From contig CM120641.1 of assembly GCA_051362555.1 (NCBI GenBank), positions 33,176,401-33,240,400 on the forward strand: a stretch of 64,000 nucleotides of DNA, given 5' to 3'. This document shows, one piece after another, positions 48,501 through 61,201 of this stretch. Each line of letters opens with the position of its first letter. Position 1 is the stretch's first letter. The notes beneath the pieces were generated by a model. It had not been told where the DNA came from. It made no database searches and saw only the letters and a list, made by a program, of their open reading frames with translations. The position numbers and the translations under genes were made by a program. Source of the DNA: Lingula anatina. Taxonomy: Eukaryota > Animalia > Brachiopoda.

Positions 48501-49109
48501 GCAGGGAGACATGAGTTTCACATAGAAGACTTGAAAAAAGCAATGAGAACAATCAATAAAGATGTTCCTCGAACAGACAGAGACATTCCCTATTTCAGGT
48601 AATTGTGGAAATAGATGTGGGAGTGAAAAAATTACTACTGTATCAACTAATTACAGGCCATACAATAAATGAATAGAAATATTTGCAATAAACCAGTTAG
48701 AATAATAGGAAAATAGAAAGCAATATGCAGTGTAAAAATGATTAATGCCAGAAATGCCTCTTGTGCAGTTCATTCAGAACAAATCTGGACAAATTTGATT
48801 ACTAATAAATTTCAATTTTATCTAATAAATGCATAGGTTAGCATGTACCACACTACTACCAACATACAAGCACTCCAAGCCGATAGAAAAATATAGTGAA
48901 AAAATGAACACAATTACATTAATGTTGACTGATTTCAGTGGAGACAATCCCAACCTTACAGTGCTGAGAGATATACTGGTCACGTTCTCTGCCTTCAACC
49001 CACACGTTGGCTATGCTCAGGGCATGAATGACATTGTCAGCAGGTTCCTGGTGGTGTTTGATTCTGAAGTGAGCCTTAACTTAGAATAATAACAAGAATA
49101 ATAATGATT

Positions 49110-49145
<36 letters not shown>

Positions 49146-52100
49146 ATGATGATGATGGATCAGATTTATTTTTAAAAATGTCTCACCACATGTGTCTCAG
49201 CAAAGTCATGTAGAGATTAAAAAAGTAAATAGAGATTAAAAACCTTAGAAAGAATTTGAAGGAAAGGTATGATAATTGAAATTATCCCTTCACTTTTGAA
49301 TATCATACAGAAATGATAAAAAAAAATGCATGATCAATTAATAATTTTTTAATGACTTGAAGTAAAAAGAAATGTGTAGGCTAGTAAAAACAAAAAGTTA
49401 TTATGATAGTAGAGGTGTTATACAGAGTTATGCTATCACATAACACTTTTGATTAAGGTAAGATGGGAGTGTAAGTTTTTACTGTTCCAAGTCATAAAAG
49501 TTAAAAACAGCAGTATTACATCTTTGATTTTGGACTCTTAATCACATTTTGACAGGTTGAAGCTTACTGGTGTTTTACCAAGTACATGGAAAATGTACAA
49601 GAAGAATTCACAGAACATGGGATGTTAGATAAAATTGGTAAAAACGACTTTCTCAACATAGATACACTGTAGTAGTCCTGCCTTATTGGACATTCATTTT
49701 TTAAACCTGTAATGTAGTGTTTTCCAGAAATTGTTGGTAATGGTAACATATTTTAGAGAATGAATACCTTGTTAAGATGATTCAGCTTCAGAGGTTCCCT
49801 TTTCCTACCTCTTCTCCTTTTGCCTGCCCTTAGCAGTATAAAAATCAAAACAAGATAGGGATATTATGTTAATAGATTAATAGATGCTGATATTTCAAAT
49901 TCTGGTATTTTGTAGTTCTTGTACAGCAGTTGTTGACAGAGCTGGACCCTGTTCTCCACAAGTACCTGGCACACTGTGAAATGGGAGATCTCATGTTTTG
50001 CCACAGGTTAGATATTTTCCATTATTGTTATAAAACGGCACATTTGATTGTTATATTTAATATTGGTTGTTGGGACATATGATTATTTCTCTTCAAAATA
50101 CAGACTTGACATTTAATATGGAATATTTTTTTCCAAATCATTTTTCATCAGTTTTTTTCCTATTTTTCTGACTGATAAATGAAAATAAGGATTAAAATCG
50201 TGTTATAATATCTTTTAATTATCTCTCTGATGTCATTGTGATATCAGTTCATTAATGGAATTCGCCAGAGAAGCAAACAAAAACACATTGCCTATTCTAT
50301 GTCTTACGACAACCATTAAAAGAGATTTTTTGGACCTCCATATTTTTCAAATTATTGTCTGTAAAAGAGCCACACGCTCCACAAAGGACCCTCATGTTAG
50401 TCTCTAGTCACAGTAACGGTCGCTGTTACGCTTGACCTCTTCTGGCTGCTACCAGCGCTCTCAAGTGGCAAGGCATTCCTTGGGTTAGGTTTTTAAAGTT
50501 CAATCTGGAATAACATTCCAGGCATCGGTCAAAAACTGTCCAATTTGGTCCTGTTTTGTTATAGGACATGTAGGTCATTGATTCGGCGAGTAATGGTCTA
50601 CCCACATATTGTCTATGTGGTTCAAATATGGCGATTTTGATGACCAAGGTAGCTGTTCGTTCCCTTGGTTCTGTACTTAATCTGCTATTAAAAGTGCTCT
50701 GTGTGAACTGTCAACCTCACTGTGCAACCTAAAATTGTTCCTAAGTTGCCCCCTATCAAATGATAACCAGATCGTTCCCAGATTATTTCTTTATTTCGCC
50801 TGGTTCAGGATTTTGTCGATGACTACCATTAGTGTTTTGGCACCAATGTGGTATCCACTCCAAATTCTGACGCTGTTAATGACCTTAGTCACTTTATACG
50901 CGGCGCACGCTTCGTCGTTGGCCTCTTCTGGATGTCTGTAAACTCTGTTTTGGCTGTTGGGCGGTACAGGTGAAAACTGACCTCAATAAAGAAAGCCACG
51001 AGATTTCAGTGTTCAACCCAGAAACAGTCAAGGTCCCCAATTCGTTAGAGAAACATACAACGATGTTTAGCTATTGACAGTGGGTTCCTCGGAGGTCGTC
51101 TGGTATTCTAACCTGCTAAAACCAGTTTGGTGTTCGCTAAGGGCCTTGAAAAATGCATTTTGGTGACAATTTACCCCCAACATGATCGGACAGGGTAGTT
51201 TTTGTTTAGTTGCAACAGCATATCCCGAAAGACAGTGGGTCCTGTACCCTTGTGGTGAGATTTCAGTACATTGGGCGTGGCCTCTGTGTAGGTAGATCAG
51301 TCTTGGCATTACTCTATAAAACTGTGCGGACCGTTTCGTTTGGCGCAATTATCTGTCTGGCAGTGCATGTCTTTTTCGCGCCATTCTGCCACAGATTAAC
51401 AAATTCGTAAAGCACTGCATAGCTCATTTTACACAATGCAAACCCGAACACTTGCATGCAAAATTTCAAATACTTCTATGCAGTCGTTGCAGACATATAG
51501 ATACTTTTTTGACAGAACCATGTTTTGCCAAAGCCAAGCCTTAACCAGCCCAAAGGAGCACTACCCAATTAAATCACTGCATATTACATAATGCAGCAGC
51601 TCAACAAACCTGATATTCAGTTAATTGGTAGCGACACACCTGACTTCACACTTTTTCATTCACATATCTCATATGAGATCGGTGTTTGTGAAAAAAAAGA
51701 ACGCATTTTCACCTAGGCATACCTTCGAAACTGAAATATTCCATATTAAATGTCAAGTCTGTATATTACTCTTTCATTTTGATCAGTTAGAATTTATGTG
51801 ATTTTCTTAAGACACTTATTTGATGTCTTTTCCTTTTTTTCAGATGGTTGTTGTTGTCATTTAAGCGTGAGTTTGCTTTCGAGGACTCATTAAAGTGCTT
51901 TGAGATTCTCAGCAGTCATCATTTAGAACTCTCCTCAATGGAAGCAGAAAAAGCAAGAGATAGTGAAAGAAGGAGAGATTTTGAGAAGCAAGGTGGGAGT
52001 GTACAAACAAAACAATGAGACATTATGAAAATACATCAACTGTTGAACATTAAGAAATACATATATTTTATTTGTTAATGTGATGTTTTAAGGTCAATGT

Positions 52101-53009
52101 TAGCAAGATAGTTAAAACCTGAGAGTTGAAAATAATTAATTAAGTCATTGCCCTTTTATTACTTGAGTTTAACCCATGTTTTTCTTCAAATTGTCAGGTG
52201 GCAAAGTGAGGATAGAAGAGTCCCCATACAACCCAAGCTACACATTTGAATTGTTTCTGTGTGTTGCAGTATTGGTTGAAAATAGAAAAAAAATCTTTAA
52301 GTGTACAGATGGTGTGGAGATCTTTCAGTTCATCAACAGGTGAGTTTGGATTTGAATGATTTATGCCATACATTACATAGGGTTGTAACTCAATCTTTTC
52401 AAAGGGAAAAATTATCAATATTTCAAATACTTTATGTTGGAATCATTAAACTTTATGTTTCTATATAGCACTTGTGGTGTTTTTCTTGTGTAGAAAGAAG
52501 TATAGGATGGCATGCAATTTTGTTGCTGCCACTCAACAGGAGTGTTCTAATTTTAATAAATTATGACTTTATAAAATACAGTATCTAAAATTCCCAATTT
52601 TTCCCATTGAAAATATTAAGCCATTACTGTATCTATTCTTACATTAAAAAAAAAAATTCGTAACATTTGCACCAGGTATATCTTCCAGTTATGGTATAAA
52701 GCCTTTAATATAGGACAATAATAGGTGACTTCAACTTATTATGTTGGATGCAGCAGTCTTTTTTGTTTAAATTTTTGAAAATAGAAATATATGTATAGAA
52801 GCATAGTATTGTATAACCTTTTGTATGGATTTTGTTACAGTCTTACCATGAAACTGAATATAGATGCCATGCTGAGCAAGGCTGAGACATTATTTCTGAA
52901 GTACTGTAGAAAATCAGTGATTGACTGTTTTCAAGTGGTGGACCCGCCAACTCCAGAACCCAACAAAGGCGCTGTTCATTTCAAAGTAAAAGCAGCACAT
53001 GTACACTAG
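45518..53009 (+). CDS. TBC-domain Rab GTPase-activating protein (TBC1D15/16/17/25-like group), about 459 aa, 12 coding exons
   Basis: Exons: 45518-45546, 46172-46371, 47483-47558, 47795-47880, 48111-48232, 48495-48598, 48939-49068, 49556-49637, 49916-50006, 51844-51992, 52198-52339, 52841-53009; total 1380 nt in frame. Motifs GGISPDLRSDVWPFL, Arg-finger INKDVPRTDR, Gln-finger GYAQGMND and FCHRWLLLSFKREF. The exact orthologue cannot be determined by eye. Confidence 0.92.
46885..47440 (-). mobile_element. Degenerate non-LTR (L2/CR1-like) retrotransposon reverse-transcriptase fragment in TBC intron 2
   Basis: Minus-strand motifs occur in the correct order, with stops and frameshifts: VKQGEPLFP (QGxPLSP), LLFVDNTFLFSRSEEDL (FADD decayed), KWQLTVNVDKIKI and LEMVDDF*CVGV (FxYLG). 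Confidence 0.8.
49105..49157. repeat. (GAT)n microsatellite
   Basis: Direct reading. Confidence 0.95.
50101..51761 (-). mobile_element. Full-length-sized (1661 bp) Tc1/mariner element with decayed transposase, in TBC intron 9
   Basis: A perfect 28-bp TIR, CAGACTTGACATTTAATATGGAATATTT, occurs at both ends, flanked by TA on both sides. Minus-strand remnants include IWSGYHIGAKTLMVVIDKILN and the C-terminal GMPCHLRALVAARRG, with many stops. Confidence 0.9.
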
Positions 53010-54340
53010 CACAAGGGTTATTTTTACTTTAATGGCCTTTTCTTATTCAAAACAACCACTTATTTCAAGTCCTATCTTGGCCTCTCAAAATGGCTTAAAT
53101 AAACTGGATTATTAGAAAAACTAATTAAGACTCATTCTGTGAGCTATAATTCAGTATCTGCATCTTGTCATATATGACATTAACTTTTTTTGTGGGAAGG
53201 ATTCCAAGTAAAGTTGAATAGACTTTTTACTCAAAGTCATGACAGCATAAGTACAATTTATCTTCTTCTCAAAGATGATGATCATAAATGATTCAATGTT
53301 ATCTTGTTAAAAAATCTGACTGTACACGGTGTTTCTAAACCTTCATAGTGGTTGACTAATATTGAAATGGCTTAAGATTTAAAACATGAAATAAATTTTG
53401 ACATTTGGCCACTGTTAGACAGCAGCTGAAAGTGAACCAATGCGCTATCTAAGGCTCTTTGAATTGTAGGGGGGAAAATAAATAATTTATTTTTTGTACA
53501 AAGTTGGAATCAAACTTACTGTCCTGAAATTATTCCTAGAAATGGTGAAAAGTGAAAGTTAACTCATGGCATTGATTGTCCATTCTTTACAAAACTTTAT
53601 CATTATCAGTAAGAATCATAGTGCATGTGTAAATTTAATGTGACTTTTCAAATGTTAAGTTAGTAAAATTGCCAGTATATATTTTATATATCAATTATCT
53701 GATTTATTCAGTTGTAAATTGTTGAACAATTGTTATGTGTCAGGTAATCAGGGTTCAGTGATGTTGGTTAATTAAACTGTCAATAATGTAAAGCTTTTAG
53801 TTACTTTTTCTATACTTTTTATATACACCTGGCATTTTCTTGGTTCCAAGCATGTCAGAAACTTACTTTTCTTCACAGCAGATTGTTTTCTTACTTTCCA
53901 TACATCCTTAAATTTGGGAAAATCTTGATAACTGTGGTATCCTACATAAATTTACTTTAGAATTTCTTTTTAAATTGTGCCTTACATTTACTTGCTCACA
54001 GATGCCCATCTATAGATGACAAAGTGCTGAAAGTTAAGTCTCAATGTTTAACTCTCAAACTTGTAGAATTGTGCAATAGTGGATGCAAATATTTATTTTC
54101 ATTATGCATTATCTGGTTGGAAAAGGGAAATAAACTTCCAGTTTATAAAGAAAGCCTGGAAGCATAATTTCCTTTTTAATGTTTTGTCTTAATTACTGGG
54201 GCCCACTATTCTATACAGAGTGAAAAAGTTTGAAGTTCAACAATATTTCTTGTTAAAAACAATACAAGATTGAAAAATATTCTACTGCAATAAAACAAAT
54301 AATGAAAAAGAAATTCAAATTTTCTCTAGCAACAATTGAC

Positions 54341-54354
54341 TTTATTTAAATAAA
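54341..54354. terminator. Candidate bidirectional polyadenylation signal between the convergent TBC and STUB1 genes
   Basis: The perfect palindrome TTTATTTAAATAAA gives AATAAA on both strands, about midway between the two stop codons. Confidence 0.3.
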
Positions 54355-55747
54355 ATATTACCATGATCCAGTTTACTTTTCACTAATATTTGCCTTATAT
54401 GTACATATCCTCAAATGGTGCAACAAGGGTTTTTGTAAAACGGGATGAGTTTTGGGTTCTTATTCTAGTGGGGAAATTAGGACATCAAGCTTGTTCTCAT
54501 TGTTTCAAAGGAATTCATCAAGTTATTTTTTCATTATAAACTGCTATTCAGTTCCAGTTTTCTTTCTTTCCTTTCTGTCACCTAAATAAAAAAACATTTT
54601 AAATTGTAAGCACATATATTTACATAATCAGTAAGTGTAATACACAGTGATTGGTAATACAAGATTTTTTAAACATGTTCAGGTTATATACAGACCACAG
54701 GTGAATGGTACTTTCTTACAATTTCTTACAAGCATGTTTCTGTCTCAGCAAAATGTGTAGATGAATAATTAAAAATGGTTTGGGGTTGGCTAACTGCTTT
54801 TCAAAGGACCAGTGAACTTTTCTTAACATCAGTGTTAGCATAAAAATGCAGACATGTCAAAATAAAACAAATTTCAAAGACAGATAGAGACAGATTCTTT
54901 AGCACTAATTACAAGGATAATGGTTATGGACAGAATTTGAGATCGCTTAAAAAGGAGGCTGGTGGCAGTGTACATGCATGACATCATAAAAGGTTAGAAA
55001 AGTGTGAGAATCCAAAGTGGGACTCACTTTTAGATGACGCGGGTGAAACAATGCACTGGGAATGTCTTCTTATCATCTTTGAAAGCAATACAAAAGTAAC
55101 ACAAAATGTGGCTAATTTGTTGTAATATGTACACCGTAATTTAGCAGAAAACAACCAAAAAAATATCAGTGGTTGAATTCTGCCAGCTTTTATTCACTGC
55201 TGCACCAAACTAACTAATTTGCCATTATTTCTGACCCCTTGATTTTACAAACTTGTTTGAATTTACATTGGCTAATATGCAAAATTTAAGTAAAATCTCA
55301 GATGATGCCCATTCTAAAGACTGCTAGCTTTTGATAGACCGTGTCAGTATTTGAGTAATAAGCAGTATGGCAGCAAACACTGAAATTTGGCTTTAGCATC
55401 TAGAATGAATGAGTGTGTTCTCCAAATAAATGTAAACTATTCACATAAAAACACGTCTAACAAAGCACATAGTCACATTGTCTAGAATTTGTAGAAACAT
55501 TACTATGTCACCAATGACTGAAATGCTGGGTAAAACAATCCACATTGCAAGGCTAACAAAGCCTCTGTACATTAATAGCAAGAGATAAATATTTTGGTGT
55601 TGTTCAAGTATACCAGTAAAATGTCAACTGCAGTAGAGCATTGCCAATATGCTATCAAAGCCCTGCAGGTAACATTCCATCACAGCCACTACTGTCACTA
55701 GGGTGCAGCACATCTCTGCAACCTCTGTACATTAAAATGAATTTATT

Positions 55748-58700
55748 TTAGTAATCCTCAGCCCAAGGGTTTGTCTCTAAATAATGATCTATTACTTCTT
55801 TCATTGCAAGATTTGGAATAAGCATGTCCTGTGTAAGATCTGTCCGTGTAACTGGATCAAAATGACCAACTCTCTGAAACAGAAAAAATAAATAATGTAC
55901 CCATGTAACTGTTTTCTCTTAAGTATGTATGATCTATGAAAAACAAAATGAAGTTATAAGGTGGACATTGCAATGAATCATCTATCAAAAAATAGTGTGA
56001 ATAAGAGAAAATAGTAATGTAGTGTGAATAAGAGAAAGAATAAGAGGCTCTGACAAAAACAAGACTTGTGAAATGATGCAATCAGAAGTTACGATAAAAA
56101 TTGGAATATAACTGCAATCATTTAGAAAGCACAGCACATAAAACCAACTAAACTGAAGTAAGGTGAGGGGTAAAACCAGTTAGCACCAAAATCTTTTAAG
56201 ACTACTGTGCCACAGGACACCAGAATCTACTAGCCCAAAACAGAAATATTCAATTTGGCCAGTAATTGAACAAATTTTATTAATTTACTGGTTCTACTTC
56301 AATTTTACTGGCATTTGGCAAGTAGCCAGTGTTAACATCAGACCATATTAAAATAAAAAAACTTTCTACTTTTTTCCAGAGTTTACCTGTAAGTGCTCCT
56401 CAATATCTTTTTTATCATATGTAATACCACTAGGAGTTATCACAGGATCTCGCATTAATTCAAAACTGATGCGACCACACAAGTAATCTGGAACATCTCT
56501 TTTCTGACAAAGTAGAAGGAGAGGGGTTAACATGTATGTAATACCTTAGGACAGTCACTAATTGACTAAACTTCCGTGTACTCTCAGCATTACAATTATT
56601 TACAGAAATAATTACTATTATAATTATTATTATAATACTGAAAATAATCAGTCTTTAGTAAATAGTCTATATTGATGCCCTACCTTTCTTCTTTCATCTA
56701 GCTGTACAAAAAGGTCATTCAGTTCACTACGCCTTTTTTGCTAAAATAAATATTTTTTAAAACAATGTCATCAGAAAACTATGAAACCATGAAGCTTTTC
56801 ATAACTGCACCTAAAATGTACAGATGACAAATAAATTGAAATAAAGCAGGGATCTCCCTAGGTTGAAGGTCAAGTGTGCCATTTGGGCACACTCAAGATT
56901 GAAAAGTGTGCCATTTTGCGAAACATTGTGCCCAGTCATTCAATGCATGCTTGGGCCACAAGTCCATTTAAAATGTCACTAATAGTCAGTATAATTTGAT
57001 TGTGACCATTATTAATTGCATTTATAATTTATATTAAAGATTGTTTTTTTTTTTTTTTAAATAAAATCTGAGAAGTATTCTCAATATATAAATAATCAAA
57101 ATAAAACATCTAGACAAAAATAACTAGTTTTTATTTTTTTCATTCTTTTTTAGTTCTATATAACAAAGCCCATGACAACATTTTAGCAACACCAGCTTAT
57201 GCACATGTGTAACAGTGTTCATAAAATAACTTTTAATAGAAAATTATATTCTGATTTACTCCCCTGGATGTCAAGTGTATCTTTATATCTGTAAATATCC
57301 CCTTTCCAGTTCCATCAGAAATATACAAGTCTTTAAAAAAAGTTTTTTGGGGCTAAATTAGTGGATCAACTACTCTGCAACTGATTAACAATTTATGATG
57401 AACTAAAATATCTCCACTTTCATCACATAAGACAGCAATGACTGGTGAATCTGTTGTGTAATGTTCTCATCAATCAAACAAGATTAAACATCAAGTATGT
57501 CAGTTGCAGTATTGTAACTGCAGTATGAGACTGCACTGCAGCACTTCAGCTGACCTATATCTGGAACTTCTACAGCTTGGAGAAAGTTCATTAAAGAACT
57601 GTCCTGGAAAGTGGAATAAACTCCTTGGCCATTCAAACCACTGCTGTCATCGCTGTCATGATGGCCTTCTTTTGCAAGTTCAGGGCTTTGGTAGTTGCTG
57701 TGCTCATGTAATCCTGTTCCTTTGGTAACTGTTAAAATAAGCATTGCAATTCAGTAATGCTGCCTACTACTTTATAAATCACATAATATATATACTTAGA
57801 AACTTAAAAATTCACTAATCATTTTGTCCATAATAACAATCAGTGATACTCCAGAATATACCAATAAATATTCTGGAAATAAAAAAAACAAAAAACAATC
57901 AGTGATACTCAAACTAAAATGACTGAAATGCAATCCCATTACTTGGCATAATAATTTCTATATCATACGGTACATTAACTTGGCAATAAACTACAAAATT
58001 TTATCCAATACAATACAAATGGAAATGGAAGACATAATTATAGTGTTAATTGACTGCTTATCCCACCAAAAACGTAGTACTTTGCTCAAGGCCAAATACA
58101 CAAGAAACTCAAAATAATGACTGCGAGTGCATTGTAGATTTTCACTTTGTATTTCAATGGGCTGGATTAAACGTGATTAAAACTAATAAAAAGACCACAG
58201 GTAATTACAAAAGTATTTTATTTCAACAGCTTTGACATAGATGAACAAAAAAATGTAAAAAAAACTGTTTGAAAAGTGAAAGTTACAGAAAGTTACAGGG
58301 GGGGGGGGGGGGGTATACTACAAAAGTACCAAAATAATTTCAACTCCCTGTACGAATGCGTACATCTCTTAAGTAGGCTGCACACGTGCTAACACTTATC
58401 ATTCGTTTTTTAAATGACTTTGAATCAGAATAAATTCATTTAAGTTACCTGGATGCCTGGTCGGTCATTCCAACGTGGCGGGTGCGAAAGTTGGACGATA
58501 TCCACAGGGCCATGGTATTACGTTTGTCCGCCTTTTTGCATTGTGCACACCACATGGTTGATTTTTCCTTGTTGAAGCGCATCCACGGGAATCTCTGCAG
58601 CCAACTTTGCTGAAACTTCCTAACGGAAGTTAGTGGAGGCTCCCTATCTGGTACATTACCAAAAAACGAAAGCTTCGGCTGCTTTGCTTTTGGCGCGGCC

Positions 58701-60843
58701 ATCTCTGAACTTCCGGTATATACTCTCCACGCAGAGAAGGTACTCTCCATGCAGAGAACGCGTGCAGTAGACGAGACTAGAACTTTGACGTTCGGGTTTT
58801 CCGACTCACTTGTTCCAAGTTTAGTAAAATTATGATGGCTTTAAAAATACACAATTTTAACAGTTTAAAATATGTTGAACAAACAAACTCCGTTTTTTAC
58901 TGTATTTAATTTTATTTATTTTTGATGCGCCCTTGGGACGCACTGCTATTGAAAAAATGCGTCATTTAAAATATGTGCGCGCCAATGGCGCAAAAACGCA
59001 GCCTCGAGAGATCCCTGATAAAGTGTTTAAATTTTCAATTTTATATAGAGAATTTATTGCAGCCAAATACACAACTGCTGTGTTAATTATGCTCAATACC
59101 CAAAACATAAGCTAAGACTAAACAGTAGGAGAGTCACTTCTGTCCTGCAAGCATACTAAAGTATATATAAATTTATATGGAATGAGCATCTCCATTAACT
59201 AAAAAAAAATACTTACATGGTCAGTTTCTATGCTTTCTTCCTCTTCTGTACAATCTAAGTCACCAGCTACTTCTCGGACTGCTTGGATTTGTCTAAAAAT
59301 GTGTATCATTTGGGAAAAAAGCTGTCATATTTACAAACAATAAGCAGAAAGTAATGATGACAGTGCACAAAATATGGTTTTTGCCAACTTGTGCAATTTT
59401 AGATAATGCTTAACAACATAATCACCATCAAATTTTATTATACACTACTGTTACTATGGACATCCAGAAAATGCAACTGGCATAAGTCTTCAAGCCGATT
59501 GGAGTTGAAAGCCACAACTCGAAATTGCCAATGAGGTAAAAATAAGAAATTCAATTATTCAAAAACTGCATACCATCAAGAAAAAAATGGTGATATGAAA
59601 ACTTGATCTATATATATGGTACTGTGAAGCACTCAAGGAAGTTTTGGGATAATATGGTTTTCCAAATCGATAACAATGCCCCCCCCCCCAAAAAAAAAAA
59701 ATAAAATAAATAAATAAAAATAAAAAAGTTTTTAAAAAATTTTATATACTGTGACTTTACATGTCAATTAATAATTAGTGATTACAGCAAAAAATTACAC
59801 ACAAAATATTTTCACAGTCACAGAAATGATTCTTTGAAAAAATATCAGTTAAAAGATACAACACAATAGTTTCTGACATCGTATGCTTATTTGTTTCAGT
59901 AAATCTATGGATAATGTTAATTTTAATTCTGTATTAATTTGTCTCACCTTTCCTTTTCATCAGTGATTAGTTTGTTTAAATAAGATTGCAGTTCAATTTC
60001 CTGTTGGATGCGTTTCTCCTCAATAGCATTCCATCGTCTTTTCTTTGCAGCTCTTAAAGCACTGGCAATATCATCCCCAAAATTCAACTTCTGTTCTTTG
60101 GCCAGGTCATTTGCTAGAGAACCAAGAGTATTTTAACTTAACCTCTACATCTTCATGATATTTTTCAATATGGATTTAAAAAATTAAATTATGAAGATAC
60201 AGACCTTTTTTCAGACAAGCTATGGACTCTTCAAAAGCTTTGAGTTCTAACAGAGCCTGTCCTTGGAAGAAATGTCCCTTAACTAGATTGTAATCCAGTT
60301 CAAGAGCCTGTTTGCAATCTTGTATAGCTAACTCCCATTGCTTCATCTTCAAGTAACACAATGCCCTGTTTGTGTGATATGTTGGAACCTGAGGACTTTT
60401 CATCTGAAAAGTTAAAATTAATCATAGATAACATCCTTAACAAACAAACAAACAAACAAATAAACAAACAAACAAATAAATAAATAACAAATGTGAGAAC
60501 CAACATAGTTATTTTGAAGCCAAAAAGATATTCGAATAACTTATAAGAATCAGCATAAATATTTGACTCTTTTCAAACGTAACCACGAATTTACAGTGAT
60601 ATTTTTTAGAACCCAGATTTCCCACGAGCTTAAACACTGGTACGTTCGTTTACAGGGTCTGAACCAGACCTTCTCGGAGAAAGATAAGGAACAAGACCAC
60701 TCCTACACTCCAAAAATGATGATTGAACACTTGAAGCAAATGAAGGGACTTACAATTGCTTTACTGTAGCAAGACACTGCATCCTTGAATTTGCGCACTG
60801 CAAACAATCGGTTACCCTGCTCTTTGAGATCTGTGGCGCTCAT
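55748..60843 (-). CDS. STUB1: E3 ubiquitin ligase CHIP (TPR + helical hairpin + U-box), about 276 aa, 7 coding exons
   Basis: Exons (minus): 60843-60754 ([14 protein letters not shown]), 60403-60205 (TNRALCYLK), 60113-59948 ([12 protein letters not shown]), 59292-59217, 56740-56684, 56503-56387 ([27 protein letters not shown]), 55873-55748 ([10 protein letters not shown]...WAEDY*); total 831 nt in frame. Confidence 0.97.
56847..59017 (-). mobile_element. hAT-like DNA transposon relic (TTF-type zinc finger, ZNF862-like transposase 5' part) in STUB1 intron 4
   Basis: The TIR is CAGGGATCTC(C/T)C(T/G)AGG (14/16), and the direct repeat ATAAAG flanks both ends. The ORF at 58445-58750 has [16 protein letters not shown]...MWCAQC. 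A second exon from 57728 reads LPKEQ...[12 protein letters not shown] with a stop and a frameshift. Confidence 0.85.
59385..59545. repeat. Dispersed partial monomer of the 335-bp satellite, in a STUB1 intron
   Basis: ataatgcttaacaacataatcaccatcaaatttt...atggacatccagaaaatg...gtcttcaagcc...aaattgccaat matches the array unit. Confidence 0.7.
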
Positions 60844-61201
60844 GATTGTGTTTCAGTTCAAAGTCCGTGAGTTTTATGAAAAGAATAAACCAATAGTCCT
60901 TGTATCACCGAGAAGTATCATGCCTTCTTACATTCCTGTCAACTTCCAGAAACTTATCTGTTTACGTATGCAAAATAGATGTCGCCCTTCTAAGAGAGAC
61001 CGACCGTCTATGATATTTGAACCGTTCAGATAGGATTTTTTGTTCTCAGCAAAGTTATATTGTTAATTAAAACTGGTATCAGTGAAATTGCTAAATAATA
61101 ATGTATGCATTTTTTGTGCAGAAAATGACTATCAGTAAAGTGCATCGTCTTGGGCATGCTCCACCTATCGATTGCATTTCTAATTAGAAGCTTACGTCGC
61201 A
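60844..61201. promoter_or_regulatory. Probable bidirectional promoter STUB1/SRP68
   Basis: The ATGs are divergent and 358 bp apart. The interval retains CpGs, with an ACTTCC core and a YY1-like AATGGCTGC overlapping the SRP68 start. Confidence 0.75.
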
